This document shows, in pieces, positions 35,308 to 44,891 of a DNA stretch of 64,000 nt (positions are counted from its first letter, which is position 1; the number at the start of each line of letters is the position of its first letter). The position numbers and the translations under genes were made by a program. The notes beneath the pieces are model-generated. The model saw only the letters and a list, made by a program, of their open reading frames with translations. It was not told the DNA's origin and searched no databases. The stretch covers positions 4,694,444 to 4,758,443 of the forward strand of contig NZ_CP157794.1 of the NCBI RefSeq assembly GCF_040111675.1, written 5' to 3'. This DNA comes from Salinarimonas sp. GTDB taxonomy: Bacteria; Pseudomonadota; Alphaproteobacteria; Rhizobiales; Beijerinckiaceae.

Positions 35308-36864
35308 ATGGACGCGACGGCTCACGCCCGGGCGATCCGGGACGGGCGCACGAGCGCGCCCGTCCTCGCGCTCGAGGGAATCACCAAGCGCTTCGGGCCG
35401 CTCGTCGCCAACGAGGACGTGAGCCTCTCCCTCGCGCGCGGCGAGGTCCTGGCGCTCCTGGGCGAGAACGGCGCCGGCAAGACCACGCTGACGAACATCC
35501 TCTTCGGCCACTACACCGCCGACGCGGGACGCGTCCTCGTCGAGGGCCGGCCGCTCGCGCCGGGGCGTCCGCGCGCGGCGATCGAGGCCGGCATCGGCAT
35601 GGTCCACCAGCACTTCACGCTGGCGGGCAACCTCACCGTCCTCGACAACGTGACGATCGGCTCGGAGCCGCTCGCGCGCCTGTCGAGCCGACGCGAGGAG
35701 GGACGCGAAAAGCTCCTCGCCGTCGCCGCGCGCTTCGGCCTGCCGGTCGACCCGGAGGCGCGGGTCGGCGATCTCTCGGTGGGCGAACGCCAGCGCGTGG
35801 AGATCCTGAAGGCGCTCTACCGCGACGCGCGCATCCTCGTCCTCGACGAGCCGACCGCCGTCCTCGCGCGCCCCGAGGCCGAGCGGCTGTTCGCGACCTT
35901 GCGCGGCATGACGGCGGACGGGCTGTCGATCGTCTTCATCTCGCACAAGCTCGACGAGGTGATGGCCGCGGCCGACCGCGTGGTCGTGCTGCGCCAGGGC
36001 CGCGTCGTCGCCGAGCGGCGCCCACGCGAGACGAACGCGGCCGAGCTCGCCGAGCTGATGGTGGGACGGCGCGTCGAGCGCCCGCGCCGGGCGGCGCATT
36101 CCGTCGGCGAGGTGATCGTGCGCGCCGAGGGCGTGAGGCTCGTCGAGGGCGGGCACGCACGGCTCGCCGGCGTGGATTTCGAGATTGCCGCCGGGGAGAT
36201 CCTCGGCATCGTCGGCGTCTCCGGCAACGGGCAGGCCGCGCTGGGGCGGATCGCGAGCGGCCTCGCGCGGCCGACCTCCGGGCGGCTTTGTCTCGGCGAC
36301 ACCGACATCGGGGCGACGAGCCCGGCCGGGCTCGTCGCCGCCGGCGTCGGCCGCATCCCCGAGGACCGGCACGCGGAAGGCGTCGTCGGCGAGATGAGCG
36401 TGTGGGAGAACGCCGTGCTCGAGCGGCTCGACGAGCGCGGCTTCGCGCGCTTCGGGTTCGTGCGCCGGGCCGCCGCCCGCGCCTTCGCCGAGCGGCTGAT
36501 CGCGCGCTTCGACGTGCGCGGCGCCGGTCCCGACACGCGCACGCGGCTCCTGTCGGGCGGCAACATGCAGAAGCTGGTGCTCGGCCGCAATCTCGCCCGC
36601 GATCCCCGTTTCGTGCTGGCCAACCAGCCGACCCGCGGGCTCGACGAGGGGGCGATCGCGGCGGTGCACGCCGAGCTCCTGGCGGCGCGGGCGCGCGGGG
36701 CGGCGATCCTGCTCGTCTCGGAGGATCTCGACGAGGTGCTCGCGCTCGCCGACCGCATCCAGGCCATCGTCAAGGGGCGGCTGTCGCGCCCGATCCCGGC
36801 GGAGAAAGCGGATGCGCGCACGGTCGGCTTGATGATGGCGGGCGTGTGGGAGGAAGCGGCGTGA
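35308..36864 (+). CDS. ABC transporter ATP-binding protein, duplicated NBD (sugar/nucleoside type)
   Basis: ATG 35308 within ORF 35149-36864. Walker A is GENGAGKTT and the signature is LSVGERQRV. The second NBD (GVSGNGQ) is degenerate, which is typical of this family. Confidence 0.9.
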   Translation: MDATAHARAIRDGRTSAPVLALEGITKRFGPLVANEDVSLSLARGEVLALLGENGAGKTTLTNILFGHYTADAGRVLVEGRPLAPGRPRAAIEAGIGMVHQHFTLAGNLTVLDNVTIGSEPLARLSSRREEGREKLLAVAARFGLPVDPEARVGDLSVGERQRVEILKALYRDARILVLDEPTAVLARPEAERLFATLRGMTADGLSIVFISHKLDEVMAAADRVVVLRQGRVVAERRPRETNAAELAELMVGRRVERPRRAAHSVGEVIVRAEGVRLVEGGHARLAGVDFEIAAGEILGIVGVSGNGQAALGRIASGLARPTSGRLCLGDTDIGATSPAGLVAAGVGRIPEDRHAEGVVGEMSVWENAVLERLDERGFARFGFVRRAAARAFAERLIARFDVRGAGPDTRTRLLSGGNMQKLVLGRNLARDPRFVLANQPTRGLDEGAIAAVHAELLAARARGAAILLVSEDLDEVLALADRIQAIVKGRLSRPIPAEKADARTVGLMMAGVWEEAA

Positions 36865-37910
36865 GGCTCGAGCGGCGCGCGGACGTTCCCCTCGCGCTCG
36901 CGGCGACGGCGCCGCTCGGCGCGATCCTCGCCGCGCTCGCGCTCTCGGGCGTGCTGATCGCCGCGGCGGGGGCGAACCCGCTCGAGGCCTACGCCGCGAT
37001 GCTGCATGGCGCCTTCGGCTCGCGCCTCGCGATCACCGAGACGCTGGCGCGGGCGACGCCGCTGATCCTCACCGGGCTCGCGGCCGCGGTGGCCTTCCGC
37101 GCGAGGCTGTGGAACATCGGCGGCGAGGGCCAGCTCTACATGGGCGCGCTCGCCGCCGTCTGGCTGGGCCATTCCGCCCTCGTCGGCCTGCCGCCGGCGC
37201 TCGGCATCCTCGTCATGATGCTCGCCGGCATGGCCGCGGGCGCGGCCTTGCTGATCGGCCCCGTGATCCTGCGGGTGCGCTTCGGCGTCGACGAGGTGGT
37301 GACGACGCTGCTCCTGAACTTCGTCGTCATCCTGTTCGTCGGCATGATGATCGAGGGGCCTCTGCGCGATCCCCTCGCCTTCGGCTGGCCGCAATCGGTG
37401 CCGGTCGACGACGGCCTTCTCCTGCCCAAGCTCGTCGAGCGCACGCGGCTCCACATCGGGCTTCTCGTCGCGGCGGGCGCGGCGCTCGTCGTGTGGGTGA
37501 TCGCCGCGCGCACGGTCTTCGGGATGCGCACGCGCGCGGCGGGGCTCTCCCCGCGCGCCGCCGCCTTCGCCGGCGTCTCTCTGCCGCGCACGCTGGTGGG
37601 CGTAGGCCTCCTGTCGGGCGCGCTCGCCGGGCTCGCCGGCGCGATCGAGGTCGCGGGGCTCAAGGGCTACGTCACCACCGACCTCTCGCCCGGCTACGGC
37701 TATGCCGGCATCGTGGTCGCCATGCTCGCCGCCCTCAACCCGATCGGCGTCGTCGCGAGCGCGCTGTTCGTCGCGGTCGCCTTCGTGGGGGCGGATGCGA
37801 TGAGCCGCGCGGTCGGCACGCCGAGCTTCATCGCCGACGTCATCGTCTCGGTGTCGCTGCTCACCATGCTCGTCGCCCTCCTTTTCACCAGCTACAGGAT
37901 CCGCCGATGA
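36861..37910 (+). CDS. ABC transporter permease (BMP/nucleoside system)
   Basis: GTG 36861 (GTGA overlap) within ORF 36288-37910. Polytopic, with NIGGEGQLYMGA. Confidence 0.85.
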   Translation: MRLERRADVPLALAATAPLGAILAALALSGVLIAAAGANPLEAYAAMLHGAFGSRLAITETLARATPLILTGLAAAVAFRARLWNIGGEGQLYMGALAAVWLGHSALVGLPPALGILVMMLAGMAAGAALLIGPVILRVRFGVDEVVTTLLLNFVVILFVGMMIEGPLRDPLAFGWPQSVPVDDGLLLPKLVERTRLHIGLLVAAGAALVVWVIAARTVFGMRTRAAGLSPRAAAFAGVSLPRTLVGVGLLSGALAGLAGAIEVAGLKGYVTTDLSPGYGYAGIVVAMLAALNPIGVVASALFVAVAFVGADAMSRAVGTPSFIADVIVSVSLLTMLVALLFTSYRIRR

Positions 37911-38848
37911 GCGAGGCGCTCGAGATCCTCGGCACGGCGAGCCTGTGGGCCGCGGTCCTGCGCATCGCCACCCCGCTGATCCTGGGCGCCCTCGGCGCGC
38001 TGATCTGCGAGCGCGCGGGCGTGCTCAACCTCGGCATCGAGGGCATCATGACCCTGGGCGCCATGGTCGGCTGGCTGACGGTCTTCCTCGGGGCGGACCT
38101 GTGGACGGGTATCGCGGCGGCGGCCTTCTTCGGCGCGCTCTTCGGGCTCCTGCACGCCATGCTGACGGTGCCGCTGGGGCTCTCGCAGCACGTGGCCGGC
38201 CTCGGCATCACGCTGTTCGCCTCCTCGCTGAGCTACTACGTCTATCGCCTCGTCGTCGATGTCGGCGCCTCGCCGCCGACGATCGAGCCCTTCCGGCCGC
38301 TGGCGATCGCGGGCCTCTCGGACATCCCCTTCCTGGGGCCCGTGCTCTTCGCCCAGACGGCGCCGACCTACCTCGCCCTCGCCGCGGTGGCGATCACGGC
38401 CTACGTGCTCGCGCGCACGCCGCTCGGGCTCGCGGTGCGCATGGCCGGCGAGAACCCCCACGCGGTCGAGGCGCAGGGCCTCGACCCCAACGCCATCCGC
38501 ACGGGCGCGGTGATGGTCGGCTCGGCCCTGATGGCGGTGGGCGGCGCCTTCCTGACGACGGCGGCGTTCAACTCGTTCTTCCCGCACATGGTGCAGGGGC
38601 GCGGCTGGATCTGCATCGCGCTCGTCGTCTTCGCCGCCTGGCGGCCCGGCAAGGCGCTTCTCGGCGCCCTCCTGTTCGCGTTCTTCGACGCCTACCAGCT
38701 GCGGCTGCAGCACGTGGTGCAGGGCCTGCCCTACCAGGTCTTCCTGATGGCGCCCTACCTGCTGTCGATCCTCGCCCTCGTCCTCGTCTCGCGCCGCGGC
38801 CGCGCCCCCGAGGCGCTGATGACGCCGTACCGGCGGGGAGAACGATAG
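37907..38848 (+). CDS. ABC transporter permease (BMP/nucleoside system)
   Basis: ATG 37907 (ATGA overlap) within ORF 37109-38848. Polytopic, with NLGIEGIMTLGA. Confidence 0.85.
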   Translation: MSEALEILGTASLWAAVLRIATPLILGALGALICERAGVLNLGIEGIMTLGAMVGWLTVFLGADLWTGIAAAAFFGALFGLLHAMLTVPLGLSQHVAGLGITLFASSLSYYVYRLVVDVGASPPTIEPFRPLAIAGLSDIPFLGPVLFAQTAPTYLALAAVAITAYVLARTPLGLAVRMAGENPHAVEAQGLDPNAIRTGAVMVGSALMAVGGAFLTTAAFNSFFPHMVQGRGWICIALVVFAAWRPGKALLGALLFAFFDAYQLRLQHVVQGLPYQVFLMAPYLLSILALVLVSRRGRAPEALMTPYRRGER

Positions 38849-38907
38849 CGCCCGGCGCTCGCCGTCGGCGGCCGGCCCGCTCGTTCGGAACGGACCGCGC
38901 CTGCGCC

Positions 38908-39951
38908 TCAGCGGGAGGAGCGCGGCGCGGCGCCCCAGGTGTCCGACAGGCGATAGCCCTCGGGCCAGGGATCGTCCGGATCGAGCATGTGCTGGTGCAT
39001 GCCGGTGATCCAGCCGCGCCCGGAAATTTCGGGCACGATCGCCGGGATGTCCCCGACCCGGGTCTCGCCCTCGATCCGCCCGGTGAAGGTCGAGCCGATC
39101 AGCGACACCGCGGTCAGCGTCTCGCCGGGCCGCATCTGCCCGCGCGCGGCGAGCAACGCCATTCGTGCGCAGAGCGCCGTTCCCGTCGGCGAGCGATCGA
39201 CCTTGCCGGGGCGGATCGCGACGGCGGCGCCCGCCCGCAGCCCGGCGGCGTCGCGCGTCGGCGGACCGGCGAAGAGGCAGAAGGAGACATGCCGCCAGTC
39301 CGGGTTCTCGGGATGGGTGAAGCCGAGCTGCTCGGTCGCCGCTCGCGTGATCGTCACCCCGAGGCCGGCGATGTCGCGCGCTTCGTCCGGCGTGAGCGCG
39401 AAGCCGAGCGCCTGCGCGTCGACGACGACGAAGCTGTCGCCGCCATAGGCCGTGTCGACGGTCAGCGTGCCGAGCCCGGGCACGTCGAGCGTGGCGTCGA
39501 GGCGTTGCGCGAAGCTCGGCAGGTTCTGCACGAAGATTCGCTCGGCCTTGCCGTTTCGGCACTGCGCCGTCACCCGGACCAGCCCACCGGGCGCCTCGAG
39601 CAGCATCGTCGTCTCCGGCTCGACCATCGGCACGATACCGGCGTCGAGCAGCACGGTCGCGACGCAGATCGCGTTCGAGCCCGACATCGGCGGCGTGTCC
39701 TCCGGCTCCATGATGATGAAGGCGGCATCCGCCCGCGGGTCCTTCGGCGGCACCAGCAGGTTCACGTGCCGGAAGACGCCGCCACGCGGCTCGTTGAGCA
39801 CGAAGTTCCGGAGCGTCTCGTCCCGCGCGATGAAGCGGCTCTGCTCCCACAAGGTCGCCCCGGGCGGGGGCGCCACCCCGCCGACGATGACGTCCCCGAC
39901 CTCCCCCTCGGCATGAGCGGAGATCACGTGGATGGTCTTGGTGGTGCGCAT
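38908..39951 (-). CDS. proline racemase superfamily protein with Ser/Thr at the two catalytic positions (3-hydroxyproline dehydratase-like, not a racemase)
   Basis: 347-aa ORF. It aligns by eye with the paralogue at 41743-42744. MSGSN replaces MCGHG, and DRSPTGTA replaces DRSPCGTG. Confidence 0.85.
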   Translation of the reverse strand: MRTTKTIHVISAHAEGEVGDVIVGGVAPPPGATLWEQSRFIARDETLRNFVLNEPRGGVFRHVNLLVPPKDPRADAAFIIMEPEDTPPMSGSNAICVATVLLDAGIVPMVEPETTMLLEAPGGLVRVTAQCRNGKAERIFVQNLPSFAQRLDATLDVPGLGTLTVDTAYGGDSFVVVDAQALGFALTPDEARDIAGLGVTITRAATEQLGFTHPENPDWRHVSFCLFAGPPTRDAAGLRAGAAVAIRPGKVDRSPTGTALCARMALLAARGQMRPGETLTAVSLIGSTFTGRIEGETRVGDIPAIVPEISGRGWITGMHQHMLDPDDPWPEGYRLSDTWGAAPRSSR

Positions 39952-40069
39952 GGGGCGTCCCCGGTTCGACGTCGCCGCGGCTCTGTCGCGTCATGCCGGG
40001 CGCCGACGCCGGCGTGGTGCTTCCGGGCGCGGATGGGCTTCGCCGTCCGGTAGCGAGGACGCGAGGACG

Positions 40070-41746
40070 TCATCCCATCCACCTCGGCGGCGCCTCCGTC
40101 GCTCTCCCCGTGCGCGCCGTCTCGACGCATTGCGCCAGGCTGCCGAAGCGCATGGCGCGGCCGGTGAGGCCGGGGCCGTAATGGGCGTACTTGCCGGAAT
40201 TGGTCATCACCACCCGGGCGGCGGGCGGGAAAACCGGTTCCGAGATCGAGCACCAGCACAGATCCGGCACGACCCGCGCGCCGAAGGCCTCGAGCCGGGC
40301 GAGCGTGCCGTCGTTGCGGATGTCGGCGAGCGTGGCGCGGCCGACGGTGACGATGGTCGCGATCCGGGCCGTGCCCGTGGCGAGCGCCGCGAGGGTCCGG
40401 CATTCGGTGGCCGACGCATGCGGGCTCCCGACCGCGACGAGGTCGACCGGGCCGGCGCCGGCGTTGAACGCGGCCCAGAGGACGCGGAAGTCGGCGAGCC
40501 CGAGGACGACCGTGTCCGCCTCCTCCACGGCCGCGAGATCCGCCTCCGGCGTATGCCCCGCGACGTGGAGCATCGGCGCGGCCGAGGTCGTCCCGAAGGC
40601 GGCGCAGAGCGCTTTGAGATCGTCCTGCGACGCGCAGAGCGCCTCGCAGCCGACGACGAGCGGGACGCGGTCGGGCGCGGCGCGCCCGACGAGCCAGCCG
40701 AGCATCGGCCAGAACGCGTCGTCCACCCGCGTCGGCGCGTCGACGCGCACGATCCGGCGCGGCCGGCGGCTCTCGGCGAGGTAGACGCCCGAGAGCGGCG
40801 CGCGACCGGTGAGCGCGATGCACAGATCGAGGAAATCGGGATGCTTCACCGTGCGCGCGCCGAGCACGGAATTGGCGTAGATCACGGCGTTCGATTCCGA
40901 CCAGCCGATCGCCTCGCCGGGCGCCGGCGCGTCCGGCAGGAGATAGGGCGCGCAGGTGAAGCTCGGCGCGGCGCCCATGGCGACGTAGGCGTCGGCGAGG
41001 CGGCTCGCGGGGCCGCCGAAGGCCTCGGGCACCTTCTGCGCACGCCAGTTCTCGCGATCGACCGAGATGGCGTTCGTCGTCGTCGGCACGACGACGCGGG
41101 CGCCGAGCGCGACCATCTCCTCGGCGAAGCGCAGGTTCGCCGGGCTCGCGTAGATGCAGCCGTCGATATGGACGCGGGTGACGTCGCACAAAGCCCGCGC
41201 GCCCTGCGCATCGGCCATGGCGACGAGGATTTCCATCGCCCGCTGCACGGCGGGGCCGTGCTCGCCGGCGAGGCAGGCGCGATCGCGCGCATCGAGGGCG
41301 ATCTCCGCCGCGTCGCCGGCCTCGAAAGCGACCGCCTCCCCGTCGATGTCGAGCCCCGCCGCGCCGATCGCGACCCGCCTCGCTCCGGCGATGCGGGCGA
41401 AGACCTCCGCCGACACGCGCACCACCGGAAAGCCGCAGCCGAAGAGCCGGGCCGCGACCATGGCGCCGAGCGTCAACACGTCCTCCGCCTCGCGGAAGAC
41501 GAGCGCCGCCGGCGCACGGCCGTTCAGCGCGAGATCGAGGAGGACGCCGCTTCCGGTGCACGATCCGCGGCTCGTCGGCAGCGCCAGCACGGCGCCCGCG
41601 ACGCGCGCGCCGTGGAGCGGGTGGTGCGTGTCGATCACCCGCGCATGCGCGGGATCGACGCCGCCCCAGAAGCTCAGGCCCTCCTCGCAGGCGAGAACGG
41701 GGCCCTCCGCGAAGCCGGGGAGGATGGCGCGGGCGGACGCCGTCAT
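40070..41746 (-). CDS. aconitase X family protein, fused DUF126 + DUF521 (cis-3-hydroxy-L-proline dehydratase-like)
   Basis: ATG 41746 (ATGA overlap with the upstream epimerase stop) within ORF 40070-41821. The N-terminal swivel-like domain reads [17 protein letters not shown]...[16 protein letters not shown]. The large C-terminal domain carries conserved Cys. Confidence 0.8.
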   Translation of the reverse strand: MTASARAILPGFAEGPVLACEEGLSFWGGVDPAHARVIDTHHPLHGARVAGAVLALPTSRGSCTGSGVLLDLALNGRAPAALVFREAEDVLTLGAMVAARLFGCGFPVVRVSAEVFARIAGARRVAIGAAGLDIDGEAVAFEAGDAAEIALDARDRACLAGEHGPAVQRAMEILVAMADAQGARALCDVTRVHIDGCIYASPANLRFAEEMVALGARVVVPTTTNAISVDRENWRAQKVPEAFGGPASRLADAYVAMGAAPSFTCAPYLLPDAPAPGEAIGWSESNAVIYANSVLGARTVKHPDFLDLCIALTGRAPLSGVYLAESRRPRRIVRVDAPTRVDDAFWPMLGWLVGRAAPDRVPLVVGCEALCASQDDLKALCAAFGTTSAAPMLHVAGHTPEADLAAVEEADTVVLGLADFRVLWAAFNAGAGPVDLVAVGSPHASATECRTLAALATGTARIATIVTVGRATLADIRNDGTLARLEAFGARVVPDLCWCSISEPVFPPAARVVMTNSGKYAHYGPGLTGRAMRFGSLAQCVETARTGRATEAPPRWMG

Positions 41747-42744
41747 CGAACGACGAAGCCGTGCGCGAAGGGGTCCCGATCGTCGATGAAGATGGTGTTG
41801 TACCCCGTCATCCGCGCCCACCCTGCGATCGAGGGCACGATCCCGTCATGCCCGCCGACGCGGGTCTTCGCCTCGACGCGCCCCTCGAAGACCGAGCCGA
41901 TGATGCTCTCGTGCCGGAACGTATCGCCCACCGCGAGCAGTCCCTTGGCGGCGCGCTGCGCCATGCGCGCGGAGGTCCCGGTGCCGCAGGGCGAACGGTC
42001 GATCGCCTTGTCGCCGTAGAAGACGGCGTTGCGCGCGTGCGCGTGCGCCACCGTCGGCGCGCCGGTCCAGAGGACGTGCGAGAGCCCGCGGATCTGCGGC
42101 TGCTCGGGATGGACGAAGTCGTGCGCGGCGTTCAAGGCCGCGCGCAGCGCCTGCGAGAAGGCGATGAGCTCGCCCGCGGTGTGATCGGCGATGTCGCGGA
42201 AGGCCGGCTGCGGATCGACGATCGCGTAGAAGTTCCCGCCGTACGCGACATCGACGACGACCTCGCCGAGCCCCGGCACCGTCGCGCGGAGCGCCTCGGC
42301 ATGGAGGAAGGCCGGCACGTTCGTCAGCCGCACTTCCTCGACGAAGCGCCCTTCCTGCCGGACGGCGACGTCGACCTTGCCGGCAGGCGTCTCGATCGAG
42401 AGGCGGCCCGGCGTCCGGGGCGTGATCAGGCCGTTCTCGATGCCCATCGTGATGGTGCCGATGGCGCCGTGGCCGCACATCGGCAGGCAGCCGGAGGTTT
42501 CGATGAAGAGCACCGCGACGTCGCAATCGTCCCTGGTCGGCGGGTAGAGGATCGCGCCCGACATCATGTCGTGACCGCGGGGCTCGAACATCAGGCCGGT
42601 GCGGATCCAGTCGTAATCGCGCTGGAAATGGGCGCGGCGCTCGAGCATGGTCGCGCCGTGGAGGCGCGGCGCGCCACCCGTCACGAGCCGGACCGGATTG
42701 CCGCAGGTGTGCCCGTCGATACAGGCGAAGGTATGGGTGGCCAT
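41743..42744 (-). CDS. 4-hydroxyproline 2-epimerase / proline racemase family (Cys/Cys type)
   Basis: C-terminal 333 aa of ORF 41743-43842, starting at ATG 42744 ([21 protein letters not shown]...). Both catalytic motifs are intact ([17 protein letters not shown]). Confidence 0.85.
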   Translation of the reverse strand: MATHTFACIDGHTCGNPVRLVTGGAPRLHGATMLERRAHFQRDYDWIRTGLMFEPRGHDMMSGAILYPPTRDDCDVAVLFIETSGCLPMCGHGAIGTITMGIENGLITPRTPGRLSIETPAGKVDVAVRQEGRFVEEVRLTNVPAFLHAEALRATVPGLGEVVVDVAYGGNFYAIVDPQPAFRDIADHTAGELIAFSQALRAALNAAHDFVHPEQPQIRGLSHVLWTGAPTVAHAHARNAVFYGDKAIDRSPCGTGTSARMAQRAAKGLLAVGDTFRHESIIGSVFEGRVEAKTRVGGHDGIVPSIAGWARMTGYNTIFIDDRDPFAHGFVVR

Positions 42745-42863
42745 CGTTCGGCTCTCTCGGGATGGAGGGCGGCCGGATCGTCTCGGTCCTCGATACATGC
42801 GCGCGCGGCTCGTCCGCCTCCGCGGGTCGTTCGGCGCGCCGAGCATCGGCTCCGGCGGGCCGA

Positions 42864-43826
42864 TCAGCGTGCGAAGGACGCGACCTCGGGCTGCCGTGAC
42901 CATTCGGCATACCACGTGTCGAAGAGCGCCAGCTGCGCCTCGACGAAGCCCTGCTGGCTCGGCGAGAGCCGGTCCGTCTCGTTGAAGTGCAGCGCGAATT
43001 CCCGGTGCCCCTTCAGCACCATCATGTGCTTGAAGAAGAGCACGAGATCCGGCCCGGCGTCGACGGTCGAGAGCACCCGCATCGCATCGTCGAGCTCCTT
43101 GGCGAGCCGCCGGGCGACGACGTCGCCGCGCGCCGCCGCTTCGCAGAGCGCCACCAGGTGCAGCACCTCGCGCGGCAGGACGTTGCCGATGCCCGTAATG
43201 GCGCCCGTCGCCCCGCAATTCACGTAGCCGTGGAAGACGCAGGTGTCGACGCCGATCATCAAGGTGACGGCCGCGTCGCGGCTGGTGATGTGCTCGGCCG
43301 CGTAGGACAGGTCCTCCGGCCCGCCGAACTCCTTGAAGCCGACGAGGTTCGGGTGCTTTTCGCGCAGGGCGAAGAACAGGTCGGCCTTGGTGGTGAAACC
43401 GTAATAGGGGCTGTTGTAGATCACCGCCGGCAGGTCCGGCGCCGCCGCGAGGATCGCCTCGAAATGCGCCTTCTGCGCCGCGGGCACGGTGCCGCGCGAG
43501 AGGACGCGGGGGATCACCATCAACCCCGCGGCGCCGACTTTCCGTGCATGCGCCGCATGCGCGACCGCCGCGCGGGTGTTCACCGCACCCGTCCCCACGA
43601 TCACCGGCACGCCGGCCGCGACGAGCCGCGCGACCCCCTCCATGCGTTCCGCGTCGGTGAGGAGCGGCCAATCGCCCATCGAGCCGCAATAGACGACGGC
43701 GCGCATCCCCATGCCGACGAGATCCTCGGCCCGGCGCACCAGCGCGTCGTAATCGGGCGTGCGGTCCGCGGTGCAGGGGGTCATCAGGGCCGGGACGGTG
43801 CCCGAGAATATCGCGGCGGACGGCAT
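42864..43826 (-). CDS. DapA/NAL-family lyase (1-pyrroline-4-hydroxy-2-carboxylate deaminase-like)
   Basis: 320-aa ORF with an RBS AAGGAGAA. It shows the DHDPS-family pattern with Schiff-base Lys in GFKEFGG. The neighbours are hydroxyproline genes. Confidence 0.8.
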   Translation of the reverse strand: MPSAAIFSGTVPALMTPCTADRTPDYDALVRRAEDLVGMGMRAVVYCGSMGDWPLLTDAERMEGVARLVAAGVPVIVGTGAVNTRAAVAHAAHARKVGAAGLMVIPRVLSRGTVPAAQKAHFEAILAAAPDLPAVIYNSPYYGFTTKADLFFALREKHPNLVGFKEFGGPEDLSYAAEHITSRDAAVTLMIGVDTCVFHGYVNCGATGAITGIGNVLPREVLHLVALCEAAARGDVVARRLAKELDDAMRVLSTVDAGPDLVLFFKHMMVLKGHREFALHFNETDRLSPSQQGFVEAQLALFDTWYAEWSRQPEVASFAR

Positions 43827-43893
43827 CGCTTTCTCCTTGCACGGGACCGTGGACGAGGCCGCGGTCGGGTCTCGCGCAGCAGGATAGGCTGTG

Positions 43894-43916
43894 TATTTTT
43901 CTTGTCGACAGGAAAG
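43894..43916 (+). promoter_or_regulatory. candidate GntR-type operator TATTTTTCTTGTCGACAGGAAAG
   Basis: It contains the TGTCGACA palindrome (43903-43910). It lies 68-90 nt upstream of the DapA-like start and has a near-identical inverted copy at 44655-44676. Confidence 0.4.
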
Positions 43917-43943
43917 AGACGCGGACGGATCTGGGCGATCGCC

Positions 43944-44648
43944 TCAGAGCGGCACCGCCTGCCGGCGGTCGCCCGCGACGAAGCTCTGGATCTGCCGCAC
44001 GATCTGGTCGGCGTGACCGCTGGCGAGGCGGTCCGCCGTCGTCACGTCGCGCGCTTCGATGGCGGCGATGATCTCGTCGTGCTCGACGACGTATTCGTCC
44101 GGCAGCCGATCGTCGAAGGACCTGTAATAGAGCCGCAGGAGCCGCCGCCCCTCGTCGAGCACCCGGCAGGTGAGGAGGCTGAAATAGGGGTTGCGCCCGG
44201 CGTCGGCGATCGAGGCGTGGAACTCGCGGTTCGACGCGATCATCGCCAGCGCGTCGCGGGCGGCGACGGCGCGGGCGAACTCGGCTTGGCGAGCGCGGAT
44301 GGCGAGGAGGTCCTCCGGCCCGTGATGCTCGGCCGCGAGCCGGGAGGTGACGCGGTACATGAGCGTGAGCGCGTCGAAGAAGGCGTTCAGGTTGGCGAGG
44401 TCGATGCTCGACACCACGGTCGAGCGGTTGGCGAGCACGGTCACCAGCCCCTCGCCGGAGAGCCGCGCCAGCGCCTCGCGGATCGGCGTGCGCGACATGG
44501 CGAGCCGCTCCGCGATCTGGATCTCGTCGATCGGGCTGCCGGGCGGCAGCGTCAGGCTCATGATCTCGTCGCGCAGCGTGTCGTACACGTGCTTGACGCC
44601 GGAGCCGCGCTTGCGCTCGACGGGATGGGTTCCGGACGTGGTGCTCAT
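43944..44648 (-). CDS. GntR-family (FadR-like) transcriptional regulator
   Basis: ATG 44648 (MSTTSGTHPVERKRG...) within ORF 43944-44807. It has a wHTH (IAERLAMSRTPIREALARLSGEGLV) and an FCD-like C-terminal domain. Confidence 0.85.
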   Translation of the reverse strand: MSTTSGTHPVERKRGSGVKHVYDTLRDEIMSLTLPPGSPIDEIQIAERLAMSRTPIREALARLSGEGLVTVLANRSTVVSSIDLANLNAFFDALTLMYRVTSRLAAEHHGPEDLLAIRARQAEFARAVAARDALAMIASNREFHASIADAGRNPYFSLLTCRVLDEGRRLLRLYYRSFDDRLPDEYVVEHDEIIAAIEARDVTTADRLASGHADQIVRQIQSFVAGDRRQAVPL

Positions 44649-44654
44649 CGTCGA

Positions 44655-44676
44655 CCTTTCGTCCACAAGCAAAATA
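44655..44676 (-). promoter_or_regulatory. candidate GntR-type operator (minus strand TATTTTGCTTGTGGACGAAAGG)
   Basis: It lies 7-28 nt upstream of the GntR ATG and matches the core of 43894-43916 at about 14/16 positions in inverted orientation. Confidence 0.4.
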
Positions 44677-44891
44677 CAGAAGGGACGGACGAGATCAACG
44701 CCGACACGCCGCCAGATGCGCCGCCCGCGCGTGCCGAGGCGCCGAGGGGGCCGCCGTGACGTCGGAGCCAGGACGACTCCGCAGCCGGGTCGAGCTGGCG
44801 GCTGCATTCTCGCTCAGAAGCATCGTCCAGCCAGTGGGCTCGCAGCGTGTTCCACCTGCCTGTGGCCCCCTCCGGATCGTCCCCGGACCGT

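Noticed and set aside
39932-42019. 695-aa plus-strand ORF across the aconitase X and epimerase genes
   Set aside because: It is an Arg/Gly/Asp-rich shadow. The minus-strand frames carry clear DUF126/DUF521 and proline-racemase motifs.
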